Source: an uncultured delta proteobacterium
GTDB taxonomy: Bacteria; Myxococcota; Kuafuiibacteriia; Kuafuiibacteriales; Kuafuiibacteriaceae
Direction: 5' to 3'
DNA: 64,000 bases
Assembly: GCA_963803435.1 (NCBI GenBank)
Contig: CAWDML010000004.1
Coordinates: 192,001 to 256,000 of the forward strand
The number at the start of each line of letters is the position of its first letter. Position 1 is the stretch's first letter. This document shows, one piece after another, positions 10,698 to 21,544 of this stretch. The position numbers and the translations under genes are program-made. The notes under the pieces are model-generated. The model was given only the letters and a program-made list of their open reading frames with translations. It was not told the origin of the DNA and made no database searches.

Positions 10698-11987
10698 TCA
10701 GCTCTTCTGATCGAGCGCTTCGACCTGCTTCGCCTTCCCCTCGAGCTCGGCAATCCAGGGCTCGCGGACCTGCGACGGGTTGATGTGCTTGAGGTGCGCC
10801 CGGGCCGCCTCAATCGTGGCCTTGGCCCGCGCCACGTCCTTCTTCGCGAGCAGAAGATCGATCTTGGTGGAGAAGAGGCGGACCTTGCGGCCGCCGTAGC
10901 CGAGCTTGAGCGCGCGGTCAATCGACGTCAGCCCGCGGTCGAGCTCGCCCTTCTTCAGGTAGACCATCGCGAGGCGCCAGGGATGATTGAAGTCCTTCGG
11001 CTGCGCCTTCTCCGACGCCGTCAGCATGGTAATGGCGTCGTCGTATCGCCCGAGACGGAGGTAGGCCTCCACCCGGTGATACTCGAAGGTGGCGCGGGCC
11101 TCGGGCGTCTTGGCCGCCTTCGCGGCGCTCTCGAGCATGGTCACCCAGCGGCCGACGGTGGCCTCGGCCCGGGCCTTGTCGCCGAGCTCATCGTAGAGGT
11201 CGACCATCGTCGCCAGGTAGGCCGCGCAATCATCGACCGCGAGCAGGGGGTTGTCGTCGCGCACGCCCTTCTGCAGGCGGGCGCCGACCTTCGCGAGGAT
11301 CGCGTCGCGCTCCGTCTTGTCGGTGATCGCCGAGGCGCAGTCGGCGACCATCGCCACCGAGTCGAGCCCCTGCGCCGAGTCCTCGACGGCGTCGAGATAC
11401 GGCGTCACCTCGCGGGCGCAGGCCTTCGGATCGGTCCGGTAGAGCGACTCGACCAGGCCGTTCACGATCCGGCTCTTCGTCTTCGGATCGAGCTTCTCGT
11501 TCTTGAGCGCCTCCTGGAAGATCTTGTGCGCCTGGTCATAGCTCTTGCTCTGGAGCGCCAGCTGCCCCCGGTGGAGCGAGTCCCCGTCGTTCTTGGCGGC
11601 CTCGCTGAAGAACGCGGCCATCTCCTGGCTGGTGCCCGAGCCGGTCCAGCGCGCCACCACCTTCTCGGTCGCGGGATCGACGACGAAGTACGTGGGGATG
11701 CCGCCACCGGGCGGGAAGGCCTCGAAGAACGGGCCGTTGCGGGGCTCGTCGAAGTTCATCGCCAGCCACGTCATCCTGTCCTTGAGCGCGACGACCGGCG
11801 CCTCGTTGAGCACGTAGTTGGTCATCGACAGGCACGTGTGGCACCAGGTGGCCCAGACGTCGACGGCCACCATCTGCTTCTTCGCGAGGGCCGTCTTCTT
11901 GGCCCGGCTCCAGTCGTCCTGGATCCAGGCGATGCCGGAGTTGCCGTGCGCCGGTGAGGTGGCCAGCAGAGCGAGCAGCGGGAGCAT
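10698..11987 (-). CDS. Secreted thioredoxin-family protein with TPR repeats
   Basis: Signal peptide, VDVWATWCHTC (WCxxC), cis-Pro motif GIPTY, C-terminal TPR-like helices. Confidence 0.85.
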   Translation of the reverse strand: MLPLLALLATSPAHGNSGIAWIQDDWSRAKKTALAKKQMVAVDVWATWCHTCLSMTNYVLNEAPVVALKDRMTWLAMNFDEPRNGPFFEAFPPGGGIPTYFVVDPATEKVVARWTGSGTSQEMAAFFSEAAKNDGDSLHRGQLALQSKSYDQAHKIFQEALKNEKLDPKTKSRIVNGLVESLYRTDPKACAREVTPYLDAVEDSAQGLDSVAMVADCASAITDKTERDAILAKVGARLQKGVRDDNPLLAVDDCAAYLATMVDLYDELGDKARAEATVGRWVTMLESAAKAAKTPEARATFEYHRVEAYLRLGRYDDAITMLTASEKAQPKDFNHPWRLAMVYLKKGELDRGLTSIDRALKLGYGGRKVRLFSTKIDLLLAKKDVARAKATIEAARAHLKHINPSQVREPWIAELEGKAKQVEALDQKS

Positions 11988-12027
11988 TCTGACTGTCGTA
12001 GTGCCGAGTCCCGACCTCGGTCAAGGT

Positions 12028-13754
12028 TCACTGGGCGTCGGCCGCGCCGTCGCCGCGCGGATCTGCGGCTCCCACCCGGGTTCCATCCGGAAGCACCTCG
12101 ATCGCGGTGGCGTTGCCCCACGCCTCCTGCTCGACCAGTCGATGGCCCAGCTCGACCAACTCGCGGCGGATGCGCTCGGGCAGCGCGTTCGGCTCCACGC
12201 GTGTCTCGTCGGGGAGCCACTGCATGTGAACGCGCGGCGCTGCGACCGCGGTCGCCAGATCCATGTCGCGGTCGATCACGTTCGTGATGATCTGCAGAAC
12301 CGTGGTGATGATCGTGGAGCCGCCGGGCGACCCGAGCGCCAGCCGGACCTGATCGTTCTGAAGAACGATGGTCGGCGTCATCGACGACAGCGGGATCTTG
12401 CCCGGCGCGATGCTGTTCGCCTCGCCGCCCACCAGGCCGAACGCGTTGGGCGCGCCGGGCGCGGCCGAGAAGTCGTCCATCTCGTTGTTGAGCAGGATGC
12501 CGGTCCTGGGCACCACCACCGTCGATCCGAAGGACGTGTTCACGGTTTGCGTCAGCGTCACCACGTTGCCCTGTGCGTCGATCACCGTCAGGTGCGTGGT
12601 CTCCTTCGACTCGGCGCGGGCGTTCTTGAGCATCTTCGGCGTCTCGATCCCGTTCGGCTTCCCGGCCGTGATCGTCTTGGAGCTCGACGCCTTCGCCGGG
12701 TCGATCGTCTGATAGCGCGCCTCCAGGTAGGCGCGGTCGAGCAGGCCGGGCAGCGGGATGTCGACGAACGCGGGATCGCCCATGAACACCGCGCGATCCG
12801 CATAGGCGCGCCGCATGATCTCGATCAGCACGTGGGTGTCGGCCGAGCTCCGCTGCGGCTTTCGTCCCCGCTTGTCCCCGTCGATCTCGAGCATCGTCAG
12901 CATCTGCAGCAGGTGGGTCCCGCCCGACGACGGCGGCGGCATGGTCACGACGGTGTGGTCCCGATACTTCCCCACCAGCGGCTCGCGAAACCGAACCTTG
13001 AACCCCTGGAGATCCGACAGCGCCAGGAGCCCGCCCAGCCGCTGACTCTCCCGCGCGATCGCCCGCGCCGAGTAGCCGTGCGTGAAGTCGCGGGCGCCGC
13101 GCCGCTTGAGACGCCGGAGCGTCTGCGCGAGGTCGGGCTGCTTGAGCCGCTCGCCCACCGGGTACGGCTCACCGTTCTTGAGGAACGCCTTGGCGGCGGC
13201 CTCGTTCTCCCGCAGGACCTCCAGGCGCTCCGCCGAGGACAGATGGAAGCTGGGCGTCACCAGGAAGCCGTCCTCCGCCAGCGAGAATCGCGGGATCGAG
13301 GACGTCCTCCAGCCGAAGGCGCCCGAAGCGCTTCTGCGCCACGTCGAGCCCGGGCACCATCCCTGGGACGGCGACCGCGCGAATCCCGTCGGTGGAGGCC
13401 TTCGGATCGACCTCGCCCTTGGTCAGGTACATGTCGCGGGACGCGCCCTTCGGCGCCAGCTCGCGGTAGTCGACCACCGTCGTCCTCTTGTGCTTCGCGT
13501 CGTAGAAGAGGAGGAAGCCGCCGCCGCCGACGCCGGCCGAGAACGGCTCCACCACCGCGAGCGCATAGGCGGTCGCGATCGCCGCGTCCATCGCGTTCCC
13601 GCCGCGGTTGAGGACCGCGATCCCGGCGCGCGACGCCTCGGGATGCGCGCTGACCACCACACCGCGCTTGCCGCGGGCGACGTTCGCCGGCGGTACCTCG
13701 GCCTGCGCCGGTACCGCGACGAGCAGCGAGGCGAGGGCCAAAGCTTGACGCCAT
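12028..13754 (-). CDS. ggt: Gamma-glutamyltransferase; frameshifted at ~13286; start uncertain
   Basis: GGNAMDAAIA, SAGVGGGGF, DYRELAP in the N-terminal ORF. ETTHLTVID (catalytic Thr), LNNEMDDFS, PLSSMTP, GSPGGSTI, ADPRG in the C-terminal ORF. Joined by GAATC->GATC at 13285. Confidence 0.93.
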
Positions 13755-13781
13755 CGCGCGGTCGTCCGATGGGAGACGGGG

Positions 13782-14939
13782 TTGGCGCCGGTGGACGAGA
13801 GACCGCTTCGCTTTCTGGACACCAAAGCGGAGAACTTCACCGTATTGCTCGATAGCCTGGCGAGCGAGCCGAGGCTAGCCCTGGATACGGAGTCGGATCC
13901 CTACCACCGCTACTTCGAGAAGGTGTGCCTGCTCCAGATCTCGAGCCCGACCGCAGATTACGTCTTCGATCCTTTGGACTTCGGCATGCCCGAGCCGATG
14001 CGGCGCCTGCTGTCCGACTCGGGCCGCCTGCTGGTCCTGCACGGCGCCGACTACGACGTGCGCGCGCTCAAGAAGGCCTTCCACCTGGATCTGGGCCGTC
14101 TGTTCGACACGTCGATCGCGGCCCAGATGCTCGGTCTCGAGGCGATCGGCCTCAAGGCGCTCCTCGAGCGGGAGCTGGGCGTCGTCATCGACAAGGGCGA
14201 GCAGCGCTCCGACTGGGCGCAGCGTCCCCTCAGCCGCGCGCAGCTCGAGTACGCACGGCAGGACGTCTCGCACCTGCTGTTGCTCGGCGAGCGCATGCGG
14301 GCCCACCTCGAAGCGGCCGGCCGCCTCGCCTGGGTCGAGGAGGAGTGCGCGCTGCTCCGCACGCGCGAGCCGGCGGAGAAGGTCTTCGATCCCGAGGAGT
14401 GGCGGAGCCTCAAGGGCGCCAAAGTGTTGGGGCCCAACGGCCGGAAGGTGCTCAGGGCCGCCTTCATCTGGCGGGAGCAGACGGCGCAGGCCGAGGATGT
14501 GCCCCCGTTTCGAGTGCTGCGCAACGACATGCTGCTCCGCCTGGCGCAGTGGCTGGAGCGCGACCGACGGCAGGCGCATCGTCTCGAACGGATACGTTTC
14601 CTTCCGGTGCGCCCCGATCTCGAGGCGCTGTCGGCGGCGGTGGTCGCAGGGCTCGAGGGTCCGGATCCGGGCGCGGGCAAGCTCGTGAAACCTGCGCGCA
14701 AGGACCCGCTCCCCCTCGACAAGGAAGCCCGCAGCCGGCTCGATCGTTTGCGGAGCGGGCGGGCGGACTGGGCGGCGGCCCTCAAAATCGATGCGGGCTT
14801 CTTGATCTCCGGGACAGTCCTGAGGCGATGTGCCGCGAGCAATCCAAAAAATGTCAATGAGCTCGCACAGATAGAAGGTATGACCGACTGGCGGATCGAA
14901 GCGCTCGGCGACCGGATTCTGGAGGCGCTCCGGTTATGA
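13782..14939 (+). CDS. rnd: Ribonuclease D (DEDD exonuclease + HRDC)
   Basis: LALDTE, CLLQIS, LHGADYD, LFDTSIAA, SDWAQRPL, YARQDV motifs; HRDC-like C-terminus. Confidence 0.9.
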   Translation: MAPVDERPLRFLDTKAENFTVLLDSLASEPRLALDTESDPYHRYFEKVCLLQISSPTADYVFDPLDFGMPEPMRRLLSDSGRLLVLHGADYDVRALKKAFHLDLGRLFDTSIAAQMLGLEAIGLKALLERELGVVIDKGEQRSDWAQRPLSRAQLEYARQDVSHLLLLGERMRAHLEAAGRLAWVEEECALLRTREPAEKVFDPEEWRSLKGAKVLGPNGRKVLRAAFIWREQTAQAEDVPPFRVLRNDMLLRLAQWLERDRRQAHRLERIRFLPVRPDLEALSAAVVAGLEGPDPGAGKLVKPARKDPLPLDKEARSRLDRLRSGRADWAAALKIDAGFLISGTVLRRCAASNPKNVNELAQIEGMTDWRIEALGDRILEALRL

Positions 14940-15013
14940 TCGCGCGTCGATCGGTGATAGCGTCGCCGGCCGATGTGGTGAGGGATCACCCGTCGTCCGC
15001 CCGAGTGAAGGCA

Positions 15014-15706
15014 ATGAAATACGTGACCCAACTTTCCGGAATTCTGTCTCTGTTCATCGCCACGTCCGCGTTGGCCCAAGATCCGAAGACGACGGATCCC
15101 GCCGACGCCACCCCGCCCGTGAAGAGCGGACCGGTCATCGAGGACACCGACTATGCGATCAAGCTCCGCAACCTGGAGGAGCGCGTCAACGACCTGAAGG
15201 AGCGGATCTTTCGGAGCAAGGCCCGGCTGATCCTCCTCCGTGAGACCGTCCTCAACGGCGTGATCTCCGGGGCCAAGGCCCACATCGTCCATCGAAACGA
15301 GATGGGCAGCTCCTTCTCCCTCGAGCAGATGAGCTACTCGCTCGACGGCGCGCCGCTCTTCAACAAGACCGACACCGAGGGCGGCCTCGATGATCAAGAG
15401 GAGATCGAGCTGTTCAACGGGAGCATCGTCCCGGGAAACCACAACATCTCCGTCTACCTTCTGTACCGCGGTAATGGCTACGGCGTGTTCAGCTACCTCA
15501 AGGGCTACACGTTCAAGATCAAGTCGAGCTACGCGTTCACCGCCGAGGAAGGAAAGATCACGACGGTCAAGGTCGTCGGGTACGAGCAGGGCGGCTTCAC
15601 CACCGACCTGAAGGATCGGCCCGCGGTCCGCTACGACGTCGAGGTCAAGCAGGACATGCCCGATCAGCCGGCAGCGACCGAAGGCCAAGAGGAACAGACC
15701 AAATGA
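15014..15706 (+). CDS. Secreted protein, first gene of the Glt-like cluster
   Basis: Signal peptide MKYVTQ..ALAQ, coiled coil (LRNLEERVNDLKERIFRSK), beta-rich C-terminal domain; stop overlaps the next ATG. Confidence 0.75.
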   Translation: MKYVTQLSGILSLFIATSALAQDPKTTDPADATPPVKSGPVIEDTDYAIKLRNLEERVNDLKERIFRSKARLILLRETVLNGVISGAKAHIVHRNEMGSSFSLEQMSYSLDGAPLFNKTDTEGGLDDQEEIELFNGSIVPGNHNISVYLLYRGNGYGVFSYLKGYTFKIKSSYAFTAEEGKITTVKVVGYEQGGFTTDLKDRPAVRYDVEVKQDMPDQPAATEGQEEQTK

Positions 15707-18045
15707 CCAGGCTTCGCTGGCTCATCGCGGCGTCGGTCCTGCTGGGGACGGCGCCCGCGAGCGCGCAGGAGATCAGCTTCGACAAGGCGACCCAGCTCGC
15801 CAACGAGGTCGACTCCGAGATCGCAGTGATGCAGCGCGATCTCGACGTGGTGGAGAAGGGCTACGGCGCGCCGGTCCCCACCGAGGTCACCAAGGTCGAC
15901 CGCCGCCTCCGCGAGGGCGAGATCCACTTCCTGCTCAACGACTACCTGCGTGCGTCGATCGTGCTGCTCGACGTCGTCGAGGACGAGGCCAACAAGAGCC
16001 ACCCCCGCTACGACGATTGCGTGTTCCTGCTCGCGGAGTCGCTCCGCAAGTCGAAGAACTACAGCGGCGCCCGCAGGAACTACGAGGAGATCCTCCCGCG
16101 CGCCAGCGGGGATCGGCTGAAGGACGTGGTCCTCGGTCTCCTCGAGATCGCGAACGCCACCAACCACTACGAGGACGTCGATCGCTACATCGGCCGCCTG
16201 CGTCAGGCCGGCACGCTGTCGCGCCCCGACGTCGATTACATCTACGGCAAGATGCTGTTCCGCAGCGCCTCGAACGATCCGTCCCAGATCCAGCGGGCCC
16301 TCGAGGTCTTTCGTGGAGTGCCGGCTGGCTCGAGCGTGTCGGGCCCCGCGAGCTACTACGCGGGCGTGGCGCTGGTCCGGCTGGGTCGATACGAGGACGC
16401 GATCACGCAGTTCCAGGACACGATCGCGAAGGGGAAGGGCAACGCGCAGCTCCTCGAGCTGGCGAACCTCTCGCTGGGGCGCCTCTACCAGGAGCTCGGA
16501 CAGATCTCGAAGAGCACCGACGCGTACCAGGAGATCTCGCAGAACTCGCCGTACTTCTCGGACATGCTCTACGAGGTCGCCTGGGCGCACGTGACCTCTG
16601 CGAACAAGGCCACCCAGGAGGCGGAGCAGAAGCAGGAGTTCCTCCGCGCGCTGCAGGCGCTCGAGCTGTTGATGGCCGCTTCGCCGACCTCGCGCCTCTA
16701 TCCGGAGGCGCGCATTCTGCAAGGTAACCTGCAGATTCGCCTCGGCGCGCCCGAGACCGCCTACGACACCTTCCAGACCATCGTCGATCGCTTCGGCGGC
16801 GCCCGGGACAAGCTGGCCGAGCTCCGGGTGCACGGCGATCCGCGCGAGTTCTTCGACCAGCTGATGAGCCGCGATCTGGACGCCGTGATGGCGACCAGCA
16901 TCCTACCGCCGCTCGCGGTCAGCTGGGCGCTCGAGGAGCAGGACATGGGTCGCGCCGTCGCGATGCAGCAGGACCTCGACGCCAGCTCCAAGTACCTCAA
17001 GGAGTCCCGCGAGCTGGTGGAGATGCTCAGCGACGCGCTGATCGGGGAGCAGAAGTATCGCATGGTGCCGGGCCTGGCGCGGGCGCGGGCCAAGGCGCTC
17101 TCGATCGAGAACCGGATCATCGCGGTGGACGATCGGCTGCGCTCGATCGAGCGGCGCGCGCTGCTCGCCTACCTCTCGGAGGGCGACCGGGCCAAGATCG
17201 CGGAGATCGATGGCCGCGCCGACGCGCTGGAGAAGGAGCTCGACGCGCTGCCGATGTCCGACACCGACGTCGAGGCCAACCGCGAGAAGATCAAGGAGAG
17301 CTACCTCGAGACCAGCCGCCACGCCTACCGGCTCACCTATCGAGTGGGAGCGATGCGGGCCCAGCTGGTGGCGGTCGAGCTCTGGCTGGGCCAGAACCGC
17401 GAGCACCTGACGGCCGACGCCATCCGGCTGACGCAGTCGCGGATCAAGGCCTCGCGCGCGGAGGTCACGGAGCTCGAGGAGGCGCTCGACGCGCTCCAGA
17501 GCGAGATCCGCCGCGCCACCATGATGGCGGAGTCGGACGCGGGTCGAACCCGGGCGATGCGCACGCGCGATCAGCTCGAGGGCGTGCTCGCCGAGGAGAC
17601 CGCGCTGCTCCACGGGCGGCGCGCGGCGGCCCCCGGCGATCTCCAGGGCCTGTTCGCGCGGCTCGATCAGCAGCGCGGCGGGCTGGCCAAGATCGGTGAG
17701 AACCTGGCGCGGCTCCAGACCTCGCTCGACGCACAGGTTCGAGACCGCGTCGACGAGATCCGCAAGGAGATCGCCGTCGAGGTCAACCGGATGGGGCAGT
17801 ACGAGACCGAGCAGGGCGAGCTGTCGCAGGAGACCGACCGTCTCCTCGGGCCGGTCGCGTCGCGAACGCTCGAGTCCGTGGGGGAGCAGTTCCGCGATCT
17901 GGTGCTGCGCGCAGACGTCGGGATCATCGATGTGGCCTGGGCGCGCAAGCAGGTGGAGACCGAGAAGGTCAACGCTCTGATCAAGGAACAAAGGGAGCGG
18001 ACGCAGGAGCTCGAGGAAGAGTTCTCGGACGTCTTGAAGGACTAG
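15703..18045 (+). CDS. Periplasmic TPR/coiled-coil protein, GltC/NfsC-like
   Basis: 780 aa; signal peptide, TPR repeats, long coiled coil; lies directly upstream of the GltD-like gene. Confidence 0.7.
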   Translation: MTRLRWLIAASVLLGTAPASAQEISFDKATQLANEVDSEIAVMQRDLDVVEKGYGAPVPTEVTKVDRRLREGEIHFLLNDYLRASIVLLDVVEDEANKSHPRYDDCVFLLAESLRKSKNYSGARRNYEEILPRASGDRLKDVVLGLLEIANATNHYEDVDRYIGRLRQAGTLSRPDVDYIYGKMLFRSASNDPSQIQRALEVFRGVPAGSSVSGPASYYAGVALVRLGRYEDAITQFQDTIAKGKGNAQLLELANLSLGRLYQELGQISKSTDAYQEISQNSPYFSDMLYEVAWAHVTSANKATQEAEQKQEFLRALQALELLMAASPTSRLYPEARILQGNLQIRLGAPETAYDTFQTIVDRFGGARDKLAELRVHGDPREFFDQLMSRDLDAVMATSILPPLAVSWALEEQDMGRAVAMQQDLDASSKYLKESRELVEMLSDALIGEQKYRMVPGLARARAKALSIENRIIAVDDRLRSIERRALLAYLSEGDRAKIAEIDGRADALEKELDALPMSDTDVEANREKIKESYLETSRHAYRLTYRVGAMRAQLVAVELWLGQNREHLTADAIRLTQSRIKASRAEVTELEEALDALQSEIRRATMMAESDAGRTRAMRTRDQLEGVLAEETALLHGRRAAAPGDLQGLFARLDQQRGGLAKIGENLARLQTSLDAQVRDRVDEIRKEIAVEVNRMGQYETEQGELSQETDRLLGPVASRTLESVGEQFRDLVLRADVGIIDVAWARKQVETEKVNALIKEQRERTQELEEEFSDVLKD

Positions 18046-18049
18046 AGCA

Positions 18050-21000
18050 GTGAAGAGCAACAAGCTGCTGATGCCGCTGGCCATCCTCGCGCTCGTCGCG
18101 GCGTCTCCAGGCGCGTCCTTCGCGCAGGAGCCGGACGTGGACGAGGCGCCCGCCGAGACCAAGGCCCCCGATCTCCCCGAGACGGATACGGCCACCGACA
18201 CCGAGGCCGAATCGGACGCGCCGGCGGAAGGGCCGGGGTCGCGGATCTCCCAGGCCGAGGCCGCACCGGCCGCGCCGCCCACCGTCGACGAGATCGAGAA
18301 GGCCACCACGTACGAGCAGCAGCTCGAGCTGCTCTCGCGCGACCTGTCCTACTTCAGCGAGGGGGCCGAGACCTTCTCCGAGGACATGAGGGATCTCATC
18401 AAGCTCAAGTACAACGAGCAGAAGGATCGGCTGGCGGCGCAGTACGACCGGCAGATCGAGGAGCTCGAGGCGGAGGAGCGAGGCCGGCGGCTGGAGGCGA
18501 TCGCGCGCTTCGAGGAGTTCCTGAAGAAGTACCCGGAGGATCCGCGGTACACGCCCGACGCCATGTTCCGGCTGGCCGAGCTCTACTTCGAGAAGTCGAG
18601 CGACGATTACCTCTTGGCGAGCCGCGCCTTCGAGAAGGAGCTGACCAAGTTCGAGCGGGGCGAGCGGCCCGACGAGCCCCAGCCGGCCGAGCCCAGCTAC
18701 GAGCAGACGATCGGGATGCACAAGGAGCTGCTCTCCCGCTTCCCCAACTACCGGCTCGCGGACGCGGCGCGCTATCTGCTCGGCTACTGCTACGCAGAGC
18801 AGGGGCAGATGGAGGAGGCGCTCGCCGCCTATCAGGAGCTGGTCCAGCATCACCCGGAGAGCAAGTTCCTGGCCGAGGTCTGGACGCGCATCGGCGAGAT
18901 CTACTTCGACGGCAACGATAACGAGTCCCTCGAGAAGGCGATCGATGCCTACAAGCGGGTGGAGCAGTTCCCGGACTCGCCGTACTACGACAAGGCGCTC
19001 TACAAGATCGCCTGGACCTACTACCGGCTCGATCGCTACGACGAGGCGGTCAAGTCCTTCATCGAGCTGGTCGACTATGCCGACGCCCAGAAGGCGAAGA
19101 CCGGAATCTCCGGCTCCGAGCTGCGGACGGAGGCCATCCAGTACATCGCGATTTCGCTGGCCGACGAGAACTGGGGCGGCCTCGACCGCGCCAAGACGGT
19201 GCTGACGCCGCTCGAGTCGAAGGACTACACGGGCGAGCTCTGGAAGCGCTACGGCGAGATCCTGTACGACCAGACCCGCTACGAGCAGGCGATCCAGGTG
19301 CTCGCCTACTCGATCGAGAAGTATCCGACGGCGCGCCACAACCCGGAGGCGCAGGAGAAGATCGTCCGCGCTTACGAGCAGCGCCGCGACTTCGACGGTG
19401 CCACCGCCGCCCGCGAGCGGCTGGTGAAGAACTTCAGCGCCGGCTCGCCGTGGTACGAGGCCAACAAGGGCGATCCGGAGGCGATCGCGAACGCCGAGGG
19501 CCTCACCGAGCGCTCGCTCTACACGGCGGCGATCTTCCGCCACCAGCAGGCGCAGGCGTACAAGGCGCAGGCGAAGAACGACGAGGCGGCCCGCAGCTAT
19601 CTGGCCGCGGCCGAGGCGTACGAGAACTACCTGGCGCGCTTCCCGGACTCGAAGAACGCCTACGACTTCGAGTTCTTCCTCGCCGAGTGTCTCTACTACT
19701 CGGGCGACTTCGCCCGGGCGGCGGCGCAGTACGACAAGGTTCGCGACAGCAAGGTCGACAACAAGCACATCGAGGCGGCGGCGCTCTCCTCGGTCATCAC
19801 GTACGAGAAGGAGATCGAGGATCAGGTCGCCCAGGGCAAGATTCCGAAGCTCGAGGTCCTCACCGCCGACAAGCGGCAGGGCAAGGTCACGGCCAAGCCG
19901 CTCGGGCCGAGCTATCAGAAGCTGGTGGAGTCCTCGGACCGATTCACCACGCTGCTCCCGAAGAGCGAGCGGGCGCCGGCGATCGCGTACCGGGCGGCCG
20001 AGGTCTACTACAAGCACGATCAGCTGGACGAGGCCCGCAAGCGCTTCCAGAAGATCGTGTCCGACTATCCGGGCACGGACGTGGCGCGGTACTCGGCCAA
20101 CCTGATCATCGAGAGCTACCTGGCCGTCGAGGACTGGGCCAACGTCGAGAAGGCCTCCAAGGCGCTCAAGGAGACGGTGGCGTCGGCGCAGGGTGGCAAC
20201 GCGAAGGAGCGGGAGAAGTTCACCGAGGAGATGGACAAGTTCCGGCTGGGCGCCCAGTTCAAGCTGGCGCAGCAGTACGACACGGACGGCAAGTTCGAGG
20301 AGGCGGCGGACGCCTACGTCCGCATCGTCAACGAGAACCCGAAGCACGAGTTCGCGGACAAGGCGCTCTACAACGCGGCGGTCGCGTACGCGAAGGTGAA
20401 GCGCTTCGACACCGCGTCGAAGATGTACAAGCGGATCTACGAGGAGTATCCGAAGTCGGATCTGGCGCCGCGTGCCCTGTTCCAGGAGGGCATCAACGCG
20501 GAGAAGAGCTTCGACTTCCAGGCCGCCATCGACGCCTACAGCAAGCTCAACGATCGCTACCCGAACTCCGACAAGCGTCCGGACGCGCTCTACAACGTCG
20601 CGGTGGTGCTGGAGAACATGCAGGAGTACGGGCGGGCGGCGTCTGCATACAAGCAGTATGCGGAGTCCTTCACCAAGCGTGAGGACGCGGGCGAGATGTA
20701 TTTCCGCTCCGCGCTCGTCTACGAGAAGATGAAGGCGTGGCCGCAGATGATCGACACGCTGGGGTCGTTCATCAAGCGCTACAACACCGTCTCGAAGCAG
20801 AAGGAGCGCGTGGTCGAGGCCTTCCAGAAGATCGGTGAAGCGGAGATGGCGCGCGACAAGGAGAAGGCGGCCCTGACGGCCTTCAAGCAGTGCGTCGGCG
20901 AGTTCACCAAGCGCCACCTGGCGATCGGCGACAAGGCGGGCGCCAACGCGGCGGCCTGCTCGCTCCAGATCGCCGAGGCGAAGTTCCGCGACTACGACGA

Positions 21001-21544
21001 CATCGAGATCACCGGCACCGGCCCGAAGCTGGTGAAGGCGCTGCAGAAGAAGGCGCAGGCCCAGCGCGACGTGGAGAAGGCGTACGGCGAGGTCTTCAAG
21101 TACAAGCGTGTCGAAGAGACGCTCGCGGCCTCCTACCGGATCGGCTACAGCTATGAGCGCTTCGCGGAGGCGCTGTTCTCGGCGCCGGTCCCTCCGGAGT
21201 TCAAGGGCAAGCAGGAGCTCGAGGACGAGTACCGCGCGCAGCTCGAGGACAAGGCGGCCGTGCTCGAGCGCAAGGCGGAGACCGCCTACCGCAAGGCGTA
21301 CGAGGAGGCGAAGCGCACCCGCGTCACCAACGAGTGGACGCAGCGGATCCTGGAGGGCCTGAACAAGTACGCGAAGGAAGAGTTCCCCATCCAGAAGCGC
21401 GGCAAGTCGCTGATGCAGACGTACACCATCACCGGCAACGCGCTGGATGATCTGGGGGCGCGGCCCGCGAGCGGCGAGAAGCCCGGGGCGACGAACACCG
21501 TCACAGCGCCGGGCGGCGCACGGACGGCGGAGAAGAAAGAGTGA
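18050..21544 (+). CDS. Large TPR protein, GltD/AgmU-like
   Basis: 1164 aa; signal peptide; many TPRs (FLKKYPEDPRYTPDAMFRLAELY; YYDKALYKIAWTYYR); C-terminus EKAETAYRKA..NEWTQR; followed by gltE/F/G-like genes. Confidence 0.8.
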   Translation: MKSNKLLMPLAILALVAASPGASFAQEPDVDEAPAETKAPDLPETDTATDTEAESDAPAEGPGSRISQAEAAPAAPPTVDEIEKATTYEQQLELLSRDLSYFSEGAETFSEDMRDLIKLKYNEQKDRLAAQYDRQIEELEAEERGRRLEAIARFEEFLKKYPEDPRYTPDAMFRLAELYFEKSSDDYLLASRAFEKELTKFERGERPDEPQPAEPSYEQTIGMHKELLSRFPNYRLADAARYLLGYCYAEQGQMEEALAAYQELVQHHPESKFLAEVWTRIGEIYFDGNDNESLEKAIDAYKRVEQFPDSPYYDKALYKIAWTYYRLDRYDEAVKSFIELVDYADAQKAKTGISGSELRTEAIQYIAISLADENWGGLDRAKTVLTPLESKDYTGELWKRYGEILYDQTRYEQAIQVLAYSIEKYPTARHNPEAQEKIVRAYEQRRDFDGATAARERLVKNFSAGSPWYEANKGDPEAIANAEGLTERSLYTAAIFRHQQAQAYKAQAKNDEAARSYLAAAEAYENYLARFPDSKNAYDFEFFLAECLYYSGDFARAAAQYDKVRDSKVDNKHIEAAALSSVITYEKEIEDQVAQGKIPKLEVLTADKRQGKVTAKPLGPSYQKLVESSDRFTTLLPKSERAPAIAYRAAEVYYKHDQLDEARKRFQKIVSDYPGTDVARYSANLIIESYLAVEDWANVEKASKALKETVASAQGGNAKEREKFTEEMDKFRLGAQFKLAQQYDTDGKFEEAADAYVRIVNENPKHEFADKALYNAAVAYAKVKRFDTASKMYKRIYEEYPKSDLAPRALFQEGINAEKSFDFQAAIDAYSKLNDRYPNSDKRPDALYNVAVVLENMQEYGRAASAYKQYAESFTKREDAGEMYFRSALVYEKMKAWPQMIDTLGSFIKRYNTVSKQKERVVEAFQKIGEAEMARDKEKAALTAFKQCVGEFTKRHLAIGDKAGANAAACSLQIAEAKFRDYDDIEITGTGPKLVKALQKKAQAQRDVEKAYGEVFKYKRVEETLAASYRIGYSYERFAEALFSAPVPPEFKGKQELEDEYRAQLEDKAAVLERKAETAYRKAYEEAKRTRVTNEWTQRILEGLNKYAKEEFPIQKRGKSLMQTYTITGNALDDLGARPASGEKPGATNTVTAPGGARTAEKKE

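Noticed and set aside
13740-13840. Head-to-head ggt/rnd with almost no promoter space
   Set aside because: Start codons of both genes are uncertain, so the overlap cannot be supported.
17981-20917. 978-aa antisense ORF (and similar ones at 30724-32829, 60601-63066, 2372-4771)
   Set aside because: Mirror frames of real high-GC genes with no motifs; stop codons are scarce on the antisense strand.
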